Source of the DNA: Mytilus californianus
Taxonomy: Eukaryota
Direction of reading: 5' to 3'
NCBI RefSeq assembly: GCF_021869535.1
Contig: NW_026262745.1
Span: forward strand, 27,404,001-27,468,000
DNA: 64,000 nucleotides
Shown here: positions 1 through 13,689 of the stretch, piece after piece
Layout: every line of letters begins with the position of its first letter
How positions within the stretch are numbered: the stretch's first letter is position 1
Translations under genes and position numbers: made by a program
Notes under the pieces: model-generated
Seen by the model: only the letters and a program-made list of their open reading frames with translations
What the model was told of the DNA's origin: nothing
Database searches by the model: none

Positions 1-170
1 ACAGTAAAATAACAAAAATACCGAACACTGAGGAAAATTCTAAACGGAAAGTCCCTAATCAAATGGCAAAATCAAAAACTCAAACACATTTACCGAATAG
101 ATAACAACTGTCATATTTCTGACTTCATACAGACATTTTCTTATGTAGAAAATGGTGGATTACTATGTGC
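1..170 (-). repeat. Dispersed repeat C; other copies 33490-33650, 53390-53550, 55309-55420, about 35380-35490
   Basis: aataacaaaaataccga...ggaaaattc...ccctaatcaaatggcaaaatcaaaa.ctcaaacacat repeated in both orientations. Confidence 0.8.
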
Positions 171-2385
171 TTTCTTACGTCCTTTAATATTGAAAATAAA
201 ACCACTTTTAAAGAAAATTGCCTTTGAAATGCATTAATATATCATCACTGTGATTTTTTATGCATGCGTGTTCTATAATGATAACTATAATGATAATATC
301 TTAAATTAAATGTAGAAGTCTCTTTTTATTGAGCGATTTATTTTCCTCAGAAAAAATCAGCGATCAACTAATGGACAGTTCCTTTGTAGAACATCACTGT
401 TCAATGTAATGTTCAATGAAGCCATGTAGGACTTATGATTCGCCAAAATCTCATCCTTGTCAAATGATATGTTTTTGTATGTGGGATTACCTGAGTTATC
501 ATTCATTCCTACTTCTTTTACGAGACACTCGTAGTAATACGATTTTTATTTTTTAGGAAGCACATTGATGATTTGACTTTTATGTCCTACATTTAGGCTT
601 CATGGACTTGTATAAAAGAGAGGCGAAATATACTAAAGGGACATTCAAACTGACAAGTCGAAAACAAGCTGACAACGCCATAGCTAAAAAAGAAATAGAC
701 CAACAGACAAACAATAGTACACAAAACACATTATAGAAAACTAAAGACTGTTATAGTTCATCATTATTATTCTGTTGTAATTAGATCAATGTGTATTTTA
801 GTGATCAGACGTGTCAACCTCGCTGAAATATGTCCATCCCCCAAACCTATCATTTAAATAACATGTCGCCCATACATGTCTAATTTTATTCCCCCTAAAC
901 ATGTCCGATGATTATTTTCGTTCAAACCTGTCTGAATTTATACTTAACCCAATCATATCACGTCACAAATTGTCCTCTATGACGCCAGTTACATATAATA
1001 AGTCATCTGATCTTAAGTTTCCTTTATTATGTTCATACTGCAACATACAAGAAGATACTGAAGTGTATGTTGCAGTATATTTTTTACAGATTATACTATT
1101 TAATAACAGTCAACAGTTGATTTTTGCTTCTGTATCCTTGTTCTTCTTATTACCTGAAAATTCAGGAAAACCAGTCTGTTAATTGAATACATCAAATGTG
1201 TCTCTACATATCCAGTGGAACGATGTATTAACAAATCTGTAAACAATCAAAGTTGATAAAATTTCCTTTTTACAAACCCTAGGACGATAAGATCATTTCC
1301 ATGTTCAGCAGTAGCTTCAGGACGAATGGAGTTGTAACTTGGACAGACAATAAATGGCTCAAGACGTGGACCATGCACTGTATACAGTTCAGGATAATAT
1401 GAGGGACATTTTTCTCTCACATTAACATATATCATATCAGAAAAAAAAGGTGACATAACAAACATTGATTTTCACCAAGTTTTATTCCTTTGCATTAAGA
1501 ACATCCAGTTAACAATTTATGCACACGAAGTATTGGAAACTAAATCTGTAGATGCATCTGAAATAACTCTTTGGAATTCACTAATTGATCAACCTTTATA
1601 TCTCAATTGCAATATAAAATGCAAGTAGTCGTACAGAACTTTGTTTACTGCACTTATCATACAAAGAAAATTTACATTTGATATTTAGCTGTCATAAAAA
1701 AAAATCTCAAATGCGAGTGCCTTGCAAATTATCATTAACTCATTGACCAATACAGTTCCCTTGAGGTCATTTTATGTTCATCGATTACATGATGTGTTTT
1801 TTGTTTTGTTTTGTTTTTTTTTGTTTTTTTTTGGGGGGGTAGATTTATTGAAAACCGCAATTTACGCAGTAAATAAAACCAGGTCTGTTCCATAAACTTT
1901 TTTTGTTTTGGTATGTTTTCCAACCATGAACATGGTAGCGAAATTGAGTTTGATACGTTAGTGCATCTTCAGAAATGGACATGATTGGACGTCAGCGAAA
2001 GCACACATTCCAGTGTCCAAAACAATCTATACATGTTTAGATATTCATTGACGTCGACCACACGCGTTTGAATTTGAGGATTGGACACGTGTGCTGATCG
2101 GACACGTTTGAAGGGAAGGACACGCTTTTGAGTATAAAATACCTTTATAATATATCATTTAAACAAAAACCGAGGCATCATCATTATACGTCAAACAAGA
2201 CATCACAGATGGTTAGCATGTTTCACGTTTTTCCAACATTTGATAACTAGACTAAAACATCATTAGGGATTAGGGGTTCCTCTTAAGGACTGACATCTTG
2301 ATATTTACCAGTCATTCACCTGTTTCAGTTCTTAACAAAATAAAATAATGTTAAAAGGGGATTTTTTTCAGATTTATTTAAAGAC

Positions 2386-2672
2386 TGACTGTAATATTTT
2401 TTCTGTCTATGAAGAAATAACATCAAAAATGTGGTGCACACTGAATAACCCGCGTAGCGTGTTATTTAAAAGTGTGCACCACATTTTTTAGGTTATTTCG
2501 AATAGACAGAAAAAATATTACAGTCATTCCTTATAATTTAATTCTAAAAAGGAGTAAATCATGATAAAAACGTTGATGACGTCACGGTCACATGACAAAA
2601 TTATGTCTATGAGCTGATAGACAAAACACTTTCAGCTAATCAGAAGACGTGTTTCATCCAAAATTAAATTAT
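2386..2672. repeat. Long hairpin (2386-2526) plus a second inverted pair (2533-43 / 2662-72)
   Basis: tgactgtaatattttttctgtctat...atagacagaaaaaatattacagtca with inner aaaaatgtggtgcacac / gtgtgcaccacattttt. Confidence 0.75.
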
Positions 2673-4055
2673 TGTAAAATATTAACAAAATTATGTTTTG
2701 TTTATTTTAAATTTGTTTAAATTTAAGATTTTAAAAGTCGATATAAATTTTAAATTTACTTCGTTTTCATCTATTTTTTCCCCCTATTTTCCATTCTTAT
2801 GTATTATTGATAACAATGTTGTGAACTTGAATAAAGATAAACATTGTATGTGTCGAGAGATTTAAAAACTGCTTATTATCAAAGATGTATTATATTTAAA
2901 TTTCTTATTCGGCTTGCAATAATTGTCCAAAGCTTGCGTTTCATGTCAAAAATGATTGTAGCTCACAATTCAATAAGCCAGTTCCCACAGTTAAACACTC
3001 TACATTTCACGTCGTAATTTACCCAATTTGTATTCTACCTTTTTCGTGGAAAAAACTATCAGATATACGACTGACTCTTTCATCTGCTTAACACAGCATG
3101 CCAAGAACATTGACTTCGGCTCTTATGATACAAAGCCAGAATGACCAGGTAGATGATATATGGTTCTTCGCAGTAGAAGGCAACAGCTTTCCGTGGCTAT
3201 ATACGTACATAAACCTTCTTTGTTGCGCATCGTTTCAGATTTGGATATCTACATAACACAAATGCAAAATGAATATCAAGAAATAGAATAAATTACTAAA
3301 ATTCGGTATAGTCAGTGAACATTTCGATTTTTTATGTTATTTTCGATAAAAAAAAAAAAAATTTCAAAAAATCGTTTTGAGATTATTGATTTATTTTTAT
3401 GAAATTTTCACAGTTAAAGGTTTGAATTTTCCTTATTTATTTATGGATTTATTTCGTTGCATAACGTTTTAACTAGTAATTAAAACACGGATGCAAGTAA
3501 TTTCGTATCATTTTCTGGTTATATTCAACCAAAACTATATGAAAAACCATTTTTCTGTAAAAAAGATAAATATGGTTTGGTCATGTTTTTATATGTGTGA
3601 TCTTTAAACATTATAAATTACCCCTTTTTACAATATTTTAGTTTAGCACTGATACAGGTGAATTGCAGGTAAATATCAAGATGCAAGTCCTTAAAAGGAC
3701 CCCCTAATTCTTAGTGTTGTTTTAGTCTAATTATAAAGTGTTGGAGCAACGTGAATAAACCCTTTAATGACCCACTTGATGTCTTTTTACCATGTTTACA
3801 ATAATATTATTTACATAACAACCGTTCTGAAATTTATGTATTTTGCACTCTGCATTGTAGGTTTACGTCTTATCATAACAGAAAAAATATTTATATATCT
3901 ATTGCTGGTCAATACCATATTATTTTCCTTGAAAACATTAATTACACGTGTATTTTATTGTTACTTCTTTTAAAAGTTTTCTAAAATCGATTATCGTAAA
4001 TCTTTATGAAAATCAAAGAAATATTATATTATTATTTTTTTAGAGTACCATCATA

Positions 4056-4063
4056 TGACGTCA
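4056..4063. promoter_or_regulatory. Palindromic CRE (TGACGTCA) upstream of paralog A exon 1; TCACGTGA E-box at 4096-4103
   Basis: Perfect CRE 109 nt before the exon 1 donor; paralog B has a CRE at the same 109 nt spacing. Confidence 0.6.
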
Positions 4064-4114
4064 TTATAATATTGACCAATCTACCATTTCACACATCACG
4101 TGATCTACCATCTA

Positions 4115-4172
4115 TATACGACATCAACTTCTATTTTTGGACTTTCATTTGGAAACAAAAAACAACAACATT
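4115..4172 (+). other. Putative non-coding exon 1 of BTB paralog A (5' start approximate)
   Basis: ...aaaacaacaacatt|GTGAGT matches paralog B ...aaaacaacagcatt|GTAAGT; the downstream intron starts also align. Confidence 0.6.
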
Positions 4173-4549
4173 GTGAGTAAAGTTAATAGTCAATAGTAAA
4201 AAAAATATTTTATATCTGTCACCGAAACTTTATATTTGTAAACACTCTGATACTTTTTAGTATGCATTATATTATTAAGTTTACGAGTTCAATGTATGAC
4301 CCATTAAACATTTTCAGAAAGTCATATACACAGACACTTATGACGATGACATCGATTTTCATAAGCAGGAAGTTCTCTAAATAACTTCAATCTAAATAGA
4401 TTTAAACATATTTTTATATATTTTAAGATCTTTTTTTATAAACTGAGTGAATTTGCAATGATTCACGGTCGACCAAATCCAAGGTCCTGTATAATATTAT
4501 GATTTTGTCAAAATCTGTTTCTTTTGATTTATAACGTGATGACATGAAT

Positions 4550-5920
4550 CACAGGCGCTTGGGTATATGATACAGAAATTTTAATTTTTTTTTGTTGTTG
4601 ATTAAAATATTCAATTTTCTATATTTATACTACATATCTATCACTACTGCGCATGTCTCACCTAGTTTCGAGTGATTTTACCAACTTTGAGACAAACCCC
4701 CATTTTACTATCCACACTAAGAAACAAAAAGGCAACTAACTCGACGCCATCTTGCGTGCTATAAATAAATAATAAAATTGACCTACCTGGATTCCCCATC
4801 GATTTTTATGGAAAACATGCCTTTCTCGCAGTCCGATCGCAGACGTCGTTTCTATTCATCAAATTGCTACTGTTCGTAACATTTTTAGTTCATCTCAAGC
4901 ATATAATAAAAAGATTTTCACTATTTTCACTAAATTCAAATTTACGTGCCCGGAAGTTTACTGTTAATATTCAGGGGAAGTTACTTTTTCCCGAACTTTT
5001 GTTAAAGGGAAGTAATATTTTCCCGGACTTTTTCGGAACATCTCTGCAAGTACACATAAAACAAAGAAAGGGATACGATGATTTCCGAATTATTATAAAA
5101 AAGGCGCAACTTTTTCGTTGCTGAAAAAAGAAAAGATCTGTTTTAGAAATAATGGCAAGTCAAACAAAGGAAGAAATTACGAAGGAAAACATAGTTTCAT
5201 GGTAATTTATGAATATACAAATGCTCACACAAAATTGTCTTATGAAAAGAATTAAAAAAATAATCCGTGGACCATTTGATCTGATATTTTTTTTATTCTA
5301 TTTTTGGGGGAGGGGTGCACTTACAATCAAATTAAAGGCTTGATCTTGTTCTTCGTCCATCATATCTGTTTGTTTACATTCAGTATTAGTTCGGTAATCA
5401 TCGTATCCCTTTCTTTGTTTTATGTGTACTTGCAGAGATGTTCCGAAAAAGTCCGGGAAAATATTACTTCCCTTTAACAAAAGTTCGGGAAAAAGTAACT
5501 TCCCCTGAATATTAACAGTAAACTTCCGGGCACGTAAATTTGAATTTAGTGAAAATAGTGAAAATCTTTTTATTATATGCTTGAGATGGACTAAAAATGT
5601 TACGAACAGTAGCAATTTGATGAATAGAAACGACGTCTGCGATCGGACTGCGAGAAAGGCATGTTTTCCATAAAATCGATGGGGAATCCAGGTAGGTCAA
5701 TTTTATTATTTATTTATAGCACGCAAGATGGCGTCGATTTAGTTGCCTTTTTGTTTCTTAGTGTGGATAGTAAAATGGGGGTTTGTCTCAAAGTTGGTAA
5801 AATCACTCGAAACTATATGAGATATGCGCAGTAGTGATAGATATGTAGTATAAATATAGAAAATTGAATATTTTAATCAACAACAAAAAAAATTAAAATT
5901 TCTGTACCCAAGCGCCTGTG
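4550..5920. mobile_element. Foldback DNA element, about 540 bp arms, about 295 bp spacer, 8 bp TSD; possibly P/Galileo superfamily
   Basis: 4550-5092 is the near-perfect reverse complement of 5387-5920; termini CACAGG...CCTGTG; ACATGAAT at 4542-4549 and 5921-5928. Confidence 0.88.
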
Positions 5921-7590
5921 ACATGAATAAGTAAAATATCAATGAGTATTGATGATTATTTGCAGTACAATGAAAACAACATTTTCCGGTGTATTTATAA
6001 TGTTTTCAAGAACAGCTGTTGTACGAATCTGAAATAAGATTAATATTCTAATGGATATTTTGAAAAATGATTATTTAATATAATGCACTTAGGACTTGAC
6101 ATGTACAAACATAATGTTGTTAAGAACTGTTGTAGTATTAAAGCTTATTGTAATAGCCTGAAGTGATAATAAAGTATGAATAACACCTCCACGCAATGTA
6201 GATATAAAATATGTGTCTCTTATCATTGAGAAAACATATCTCTGTTTATTTGTTTTTTGTTTATTTTTGTCTGTTTTTGTATTTGTATTTTGTAAATGTC
6301 AGCTGGTATCATTCCTGTATTGGAATTTACACCAATAAAATTATTTGATTTGATTTGATTTTGATTTGTACACAAAAATTACCAACCATTCAAAACAGTA
6401 ATAAGTATGTCTTAATTAGACAGTATATTACTAATAGTCTATATTGGTTGTGGGTCCCTTGAAGTAAAAGAAGGCATTAAATCAATACTTTACTTTAGGG
6501 GTCAGCATATATCTTTAAAACAGTTTGGCAGTTAAGTACTTTCTTTAGGTTGTGGGTCCCTTAAAGTGAAAGAAGGCATTATAAATTCTGTATTTACCAA
6601 AGTCATAACAACAATAGGTAAAGAACATAACATACACATTAACATAAATATATAGAACAAGATATTATAACATGTGAAATCTTTATTTCTGTGTACGAAT
6701 ATTTTACCCAAATTAAATAGCTCTTTTGTATCATCATGATCATTTGAACGCTCTAATTGCATAGAATGTTTTGTTCCATTATAAGATAGAATGAAAATAA
6801 GTTCTAATAACTTGATGCATTGGTCATTTATGAATGAAACGTATCTTATTCTCAATGTCATCGTTACAAGAACAAGAGCCTATTTCCTCATAAATTTGCA
6901 AGAAACTTCAAACTTCGATAGCTATATTTGGCTACTAAGTCTTCTTTTAGTAATACATGTCTGATGAATAAATAGTATTATCAGTATATACATGAGTAAT
7001 ACATAATTAATATTGTAAATAAAAAATTTGAACCATGTTTCTATAAAAAGACAGGCGAAAGATACCAAAGGAATATTCAAACTCATTAGTCGTAAAAATC
7101 TGACAATGCCATGGCAAGAAACAAAAAGATCATTTGATTAGACAAATAACAGTGTGCAAAACACAACAGAGGAAACTAACGACTGAGTAACACGAATCCC
7201 AGCAAAGGGTTATTGCCGGTGTCCTTAATTGTAAGCAGATCCTGTTCCATATGTTGCACCTGTCATGTTGAACATTTAATTCAAGCACTCATTTGGCTGT
7301 CAAAATCTTACTCCTACACGTACTGTTTAATTATTAAGTAAAACGCACCCGAGAGATAACTGTCTTTACAATAACTCTGAATTTACCAAAATCACATAAA
7401 CCTATGGGAAGCAGTTCCTTTTTAATAAATTACAACCAATTAGTCTTACAACTTGGATATTTTAGTAAATCATCATATAGAAAAAACAACAGGTTCTTTT
7501 AGAAAAAAATTGTAAGGTATAATTCAGTTTATATTAGCATTTTTAAACAATTCTACATTTTCTGGTGTGTAATAATGACAATCTGCCTAG

Positions 7591-7678
7591 TTCATAATAC
7601 ACCATGACATTCCTTGTGGAGCTTTTTGCTTTCATAATACACCATGACATTCCTTGTGGAGCTTTTTGCTTTCATAAT
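7591..7678. repeat. Perfect 40 bp tandem duplication; a similar 42-43 bp duplication lies at 9669-9752
   Basis: ttcataatacaccatgacattccttgtggagctttttgct x2. Confidence 0.95.
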
Positions 7679-8690
7679 GTTTTGACAATAGCCAATATGT
7701 ATCCTCTGCTTAGCTAGTGTCTTAGTACCGATATATCACAGCCATAACACAGTACGCTGTTTCTATACGTCTCAAAATGTGAATGTAGAGTGGAATTGAT
7801 CGTTCATAAATTCATAAATTATTTCGAGACTACGGTTCCAAAAAACATCCTTGGCTTTCAACTATTTCGCTTTAAGTGCCTCTAAGTAAATCAAGAAAAC
7901 CCCCTTGGACGGATACCCGGTCATGAAATTTTCTGCTGTAACAAGTTACATATCTATTATGTTTCAACAATTCTTTGAGATATCCGTTACATACGTTTCA
8001 GACCAGTCTGTTAAACATTGATTCAAAACGGACGTTAATAACTTTCCGAAATTACCATCTGAACCGTCTGTAGTTTTTCGGATCAAGCAGTGTTTAAAAG
8101 AACTTCATAGCATTAAATATATTTTTAATAACAAATGACAGTAATTTTCATCATAATAAATATTGGTAATCGCGGAATATATCACTACTTTAATTCTCCA
8201 GCATGACTTTGTATGTACTAACTGTTTTAGTTTGACCTTAGGGAAGTTTTATTAATATACTTTTGATAGATGGCCATTGTGTCGTGGACAGTCTGTTTAG
8301 TTTATAGTTTTGTATTTAATTCACCTGTAATGCTAGGTATATGGAAGCAACCGTAATGGTCGAAGTTAATGACATATTAATTTGCTCCTTCAGGCTTTTG
8401 AAAAGTAAGTACCTGTCAAAAAATGAAACAAACAAAATTCTTTCCAAATTATAGTAATCTTTGTAAAAGTATACAAAGAATTGTCTAGAACGGACAGTTC
8501 AGATTGTAATTAATCGGCTTATTACACGTGATACCAGTTAAGGCTTCTTTCGTTACCCTGACTGTTACTTGTTAATGTTGTTTTCAGGACGCAATAGCTC
8601 ACGTCTGAATAGATGTTTTTTCATGTACATCATACGGATGAAGGGTATCTGTTATCTGATATATTTATTGATGGTGGATTTGCTGTTTCT

Positions 8691-9570
8691 TTTTTAGGTC
8701 ATCCGGCCCAAAGGGCCAAGTGACCTTTTCTCATTACTTGGCGTCCGTTGTCCGTCGTTCGTCGTCGTCCGTCGTCCGTCGTCGTCCGTCGTTAACTTTT
8801 ACAAAAATCTTCTCCTCTGAAACTACTGGGCCAAATTTAACCAAACTTGGCCACAATCATCATTGGGGTATTTAGTTTTAAAATATGTTCGATGACCCGG
8901 CCAACCAACCAAGATGGCCGCCATGGCTAAAAATAGAACATAAGGGGTAAAATGTAGATTTTGCCTTATATCTCTGAAACCAAAGCATTTAGAGAAAATT
9001 TGACAGGTTTAGAATTATTTATCAGGCCAAGATCTATCTGCCCTGAAATATTCAGACAAGTTCGACAACCATTTGTTAGGTTGCTGCTCCTGAATTGGTG
9101 ATTTTAAGGAAATTTTGCAGTTTTTGGTTATTACCTTGAATATTATTATAGATAGAGATAAACTGTAAACAGCAATAATGTTCAGCAAAGTAAGATCTAC
9201 AAATAAGTCTACATGACCAAAATGGTCAATTGATCCCATAAGGAGTTATTGCCCTTTAAAGTCAATTTGTTTAAATTTTCGTAAATTTTTGTAATCTTTC
9301 ACAAAAATCTTCTCCTCTGAAACAACTGAGACAAATTTAACCAAACTTGCCCACAATCATCATTAGGGTATCTGATTATGTGTCTGATGACCCTGCCTGC
9401 CAACCAACATGGCAGACATGGCTAGAAATAGAACATAGGGGTATAATGCAGTTTTTGGCTTATATCTCTGAAACTAAAGCAAAAGTATAACGGTTGCATT
9501 ATTTCATGCGTCAATGGTAAAGAAAAAATATCAGGTGAGCGACACAGGCTTCTTGGTTGCCTCTAGTTTA
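8691..9570 (+). mobile_element. Helentron-type non-autonomous element (HINE family 1) with (GTC/GTCC)n tract
   Basis: T-rich start, 5' palindrome ggcccaaagggcc, microsatellite 8745-8790, 3' caggtgagcgacacaggct...gcctctagttt stem-loop. Confidence 0.7.
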
Positions 9571-10149
9571 ATAATGGTGCTGTTTTGTTCACTTTTCAAG
9601 GCGGATATATATATAATAGATATAAACGCCTAGATGTTTTGTTTGATGAGATTCAAGATTTTGGAGTAAACCAATAGTCAAAAATGTACCTGTATGACTG
9701 TACTTTTTTACAACCAATAGTCAAAATGTACCTGTATGACTGTACTTTTTTACATAAACAACTAGAAGCACTATTTCATAACATCATCTTCGTATATTAC
9801 CATCTTATGTTAGTACCGTTGCGCAAATCATTAGACTTTTATCATTTTATCCTTATCTACGCAGTATCGCTTATTTATGATACAGATATGATTGTGCTGA
9901 CTCTAAATAAAAGGTACATAATTGCTTATTATTTTGAATTGCATTTATTTTTTGCCAAAAAGTACATGATTATCATCGATATTGGTGCAATTTCTGCAGT
10001 TTTCATCAATAAGAGTAAACAATAAATACACCAACGAGCTCATTCAAGCTCTAACATTTTCTAGGCGTGAATGATAGAATGAAATTAAAGATATAACGTT
10101 TAATATTAGCATTGAATTTCTTGCTTATTATTTTGTAGAATTCACTGTT

Positions 10150-10209
10150 ATGTCATTCAGAAAATTAAGCCAGCGTCAGACACCACAGCAAAGTCGTGCT
10201 CCAGTTTCG
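10150..10209 (+). CDS. BTB-BACK paralog A, coding exon 1 (MSFRKLSQRQTPQQSRAPVS); exon starts at 10139
   Basis: Acceptor ttttgtAG|aattcactg shared with paralog B, ATG at the same relative place, phase-0 donor TCG|gtatct joins an open phase-0 acceptor at 16642. Confidence 0.6.
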
Positions 10210-10500
10210 GTATCTTTATTTGTAGTATATGGGGAGGGGTGGGTGGGTCTGGAGAGCATGACCAATTAACAGTGACTATAAAGGTTCTAATTTGTTGTTG
10301 GTATATCAAAATAATTTTATCAAATTATCCTAAGTTACACGTAATCAAAACTGTTATAGAAATAACATAGTAAATAATGAATACCCTAGTATTCTTTCAA
10401 CGTTTGACGAAAAGAATAGAAAACAACGAAAAGATGCTTTATCTGACTGAATGATTTTTATTTTGGTGATTGTTTTACTTTAATTGAATGCTCGGATAGT

Positions 10501-11150
10501 TTTTAGCTCACCTTTTTTAGTTTTTTTTTAATCACTTTGCGTCCGTCGTCAGTCGTCGTCGTCCGTTAACTTGTACAAAAAAAATCTTCTCCTCTAAAAC
10601 TACTAGACCAAATTTTACCAAACTTGGCCACAATCATCATTGGGGTGTCAAAATTTTAAAAAAAAATGTGTCTTATGACTTCGCTTTCCATCTCAGCGTT
10701 TCAATTTTTCGACGACACCTTATTGGAGTTATTGAACTTTAATGACGATTTTGCCATTTATTTTTTCCATTTTTTTTGCGTTTTGTCTTATATGATAAAA
10801 AGTATAATAGATAAATAGAAACTTTAAAATAACAGAAATGGTCAGCAAGGCAAAAGCCAAGATCCACAAACAAGTCAAATGTTGCCGATATAGTAAGTAG
10901 AATGTCACTCTTCATAGAAGTAATTGCTCTTAAATGAGGACTTTTTTTAGCCCTCTTTTGTTTTTTGAGAAAAAAATACTAAAGAAGATAAAAAAAAACT
11001 AAACAGACAAAACGATCATCAAAACAAGATCAACAAAAAAGAAATTTTTGCCATGATTTCTGTTCTTGTCTATAATGTTGGAGAGAGTCCATTGTTGATA
11101 AGAACATAGACCTAGGTGACCGACACAGGCTCTATAGAGTCTCTAGTTGT
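10501..11150 (+). mobile_element. HINE family 1, diverged copy
   Basis: ttttagctcacc start, same core (aaaatcttctcctct...aaacttggccacaatcatcattgggg), 3' aggtgaccgacacaggctctatagagtctctagtt. Confidence 0.6.
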
Positions 11151-12626
11151 TAATCACCATAAAGATACGAATGACGCAACCGAAGCACGTGGCATTTTCA
11201 AAAAAGTGCAAAGGCAAAACTGTAGTTTCGATAATGTGGTATATGACGACACGTCTCCCTGTGAACCGTGTACGTTAAAATACGGCTCAGCGTGTCGATG
11301 TTGAACAAAACCATTCTTAATTTAATTGCATTTGTATGTTCTATTCCTGATACGAATGTTATATTTGTAACTGGGCGGTAAACACCATTCTACAGTCGTC
11401 ATTTCTTAGTTTGACGTAGTTTTGGGAATGTTGCGGAAAGCAACATTATTTCGGAAGATTCTTTCTGTTGTCCTTTTTGGATTTATGTACATCCTTAATT
11501 GCATGCATACAGAATGAAGAGACATTAGTGTAAACAAAATATTAGTATGAATTGAACCAAAGCATCATATATAATTTAAGTTCACATGTTTACAAGAAAT
11601 GTTTTTGTGGTATTTTTTTTTCACCTGAATTACCAATTTGGCTGATTTAAACAGCACAAAAGAAGTCAATGACCATATCAATATTTTTATCTTTAAAACG
11701 GAGATTTAACGAAATTTTACGAACATTCTATACATTGGGCGAAAAGAAAGGATTTTTTTCAAAGATAATTTTGACAAAGTTTTTGATAGATTGTACGTAC
11801 AGTATACTTTACATGTGATTTTTATTTATTATTTTTCTAGCAAGTATAACAGTTGAAAATGTACACCGGGTTCCACTGACAATGTTGAACGCCAAAAATT
11901 AAGCCCACTTATCAGTAAAATAGGGGAAAATATTTTCTTTATCCTCAAGAAATTTCTGTCCAAGTTCCATAACATTCCATGAAGGTTTGACTAAAACATT
12001 GATGTCTAATAATTTGCTTGTTTGAGCAATTCAACTTTCGGTCAATATATATGTTCCTGCCATAACGTTTACATGTTTGTAAAATTACTGTGTAAGCTGA
12101 AAGAACAACCGGTCCCTCTTATAATAAGTCTACATATAAATTATTGTTAATACAATGACTTTTTACATGTACCACTCCAAACGTTGTCAAGGTTGGGCCC
12201 CGTCCTCCCACTTTTCAAAATCTTGGATCCGCATCTCTTAAGGGGCATTTTTACCAACTACTAGTGCAATAAAATATCTGAACTTGGTTAAAGGGAATAG
12301 ATGTCTAAGAATTTAATCAAAAACTGTACATTTTAACTAAAAAAATCCGTTTATCAGTAAAATATGAAAAAACGAAAAACAACATGTTTTATTATTTTGC
12401 ATCAAGTATTATATCTTTCTCATTAAAAAAAAGCTTTTGGAAAAGTTTAATAAACTTTATTAAGTTTTGATTAAGTTATTGATATGACAATTTTACGAAA
12501 TAAAACCCAGACTGTATCTAAATGGTAACTGCTAAAAATAGTTTCCTTATCAGTAAAATACCGATAAATATAAAAACATTTTAGCAGAATTTTTCATTTG
12601 ATATTGTCTTTGGATCATAAAAGAGC

Positions 12627-12970
12627 TTCTACATTGCCTAGAGGTATAGGGGAGGGTCGAGATCTCAAAAAACATCTTTCGCCCAGCCGCATTTTTGCGC
12701 CTGTCCCAAATCAAGAACCTGTGGCCTTTGTTAGTCAAGTGTATGATATTTTTTGAATTTTGGTTCATCTATATTTTTCGAAGTTTAGTGCGATGTCCAT
12801 TTTATCTGAACTAGTAAACATTTTTGTTTAGGGGCCAACTGTAGCCCGTCTCAGGGTGCAGAATTTTCTCGCTGTGTTGAAGACCCATTGGTGGCCTTGT
12901 GTTGTTTTCTGCTCTTTGTTCGGGTTGTTATCTGTTTGACACACTCCCCGTTTCCATTCTCAATTTTATT
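12627..12970 (+). repeat. Dispersed repeat A, the truncated 3' end of the Naiad element; another copy at 62885-63150 (-)
   Basis: Collinear with 59130-59462 (ctagaggtatagggg...ccatttccattctcaatttt). Confidence 0.8.
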
Positions 12971-13689
12971 CTGTCCAAGTTTCATACAATTCCATTAAGA
13001 TTTGAAAAAGTTATTGATGTTTAACCACAGACTGGACATAATGGCTGACGCCGAGGACGACTGAATTTGGGATCGCTATGTCTTATAGATATAAGAAGAA
13101 GTGGTATGAGTGCCAATTAGACAACTCTCTCATCCAAGTCACAATTTGTAAAAGTAAACTATTATAGGTCAAAGAACGGTCTTCAACACGGAGCATTGGC
13201 TCACACCGAACAGCAAGCTATAAAGGGTCCCAAAAATTACATGTGTAAAACCATTCAAACGGGAATACCAACGGTCTAATTTATATAAAAAACGAGAAAC
13301 GAGAAACACTTATGAACCACATCAACAAACGACAACTACTGAACATCTTTGACATAAATGTCGCTGTGCCAAAGTTAAGTACAACGTTTTACTCAAATTT
13401 GTGACATAGCCCATATAATGACTTTTTTCGAAAAAAAATTGAATACCAATAAATCCTAAACAGTCGAGCCATTAACAACTGTATGTTAAACTTTACCCGA
13501 GGTAGTTGCTCACAGACAGGAAGTTATAAACTAAAAACAACAATTGAATATATAATGGTATACTATTAGGTTAAACATAAATAATTATCTATTGGATATC
13601 TATTTGTGGTATTTAAATAAAAATTGATAAACCAAAAACCGACCGATTATTAATCAGTCTATAACGGGCCCGGATCCAGAAACTCCAGT

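Noticed and set aside
3040-3250. Higher-GC stretch that looks like decayed coding sequence
   Set aside because: No frame gave a motif I could identify
4864-5615. Two ORFs on opposite strands with an identical 75 aa N-terminus
   Set aside because: By-product of the foldback arms; no protein motif
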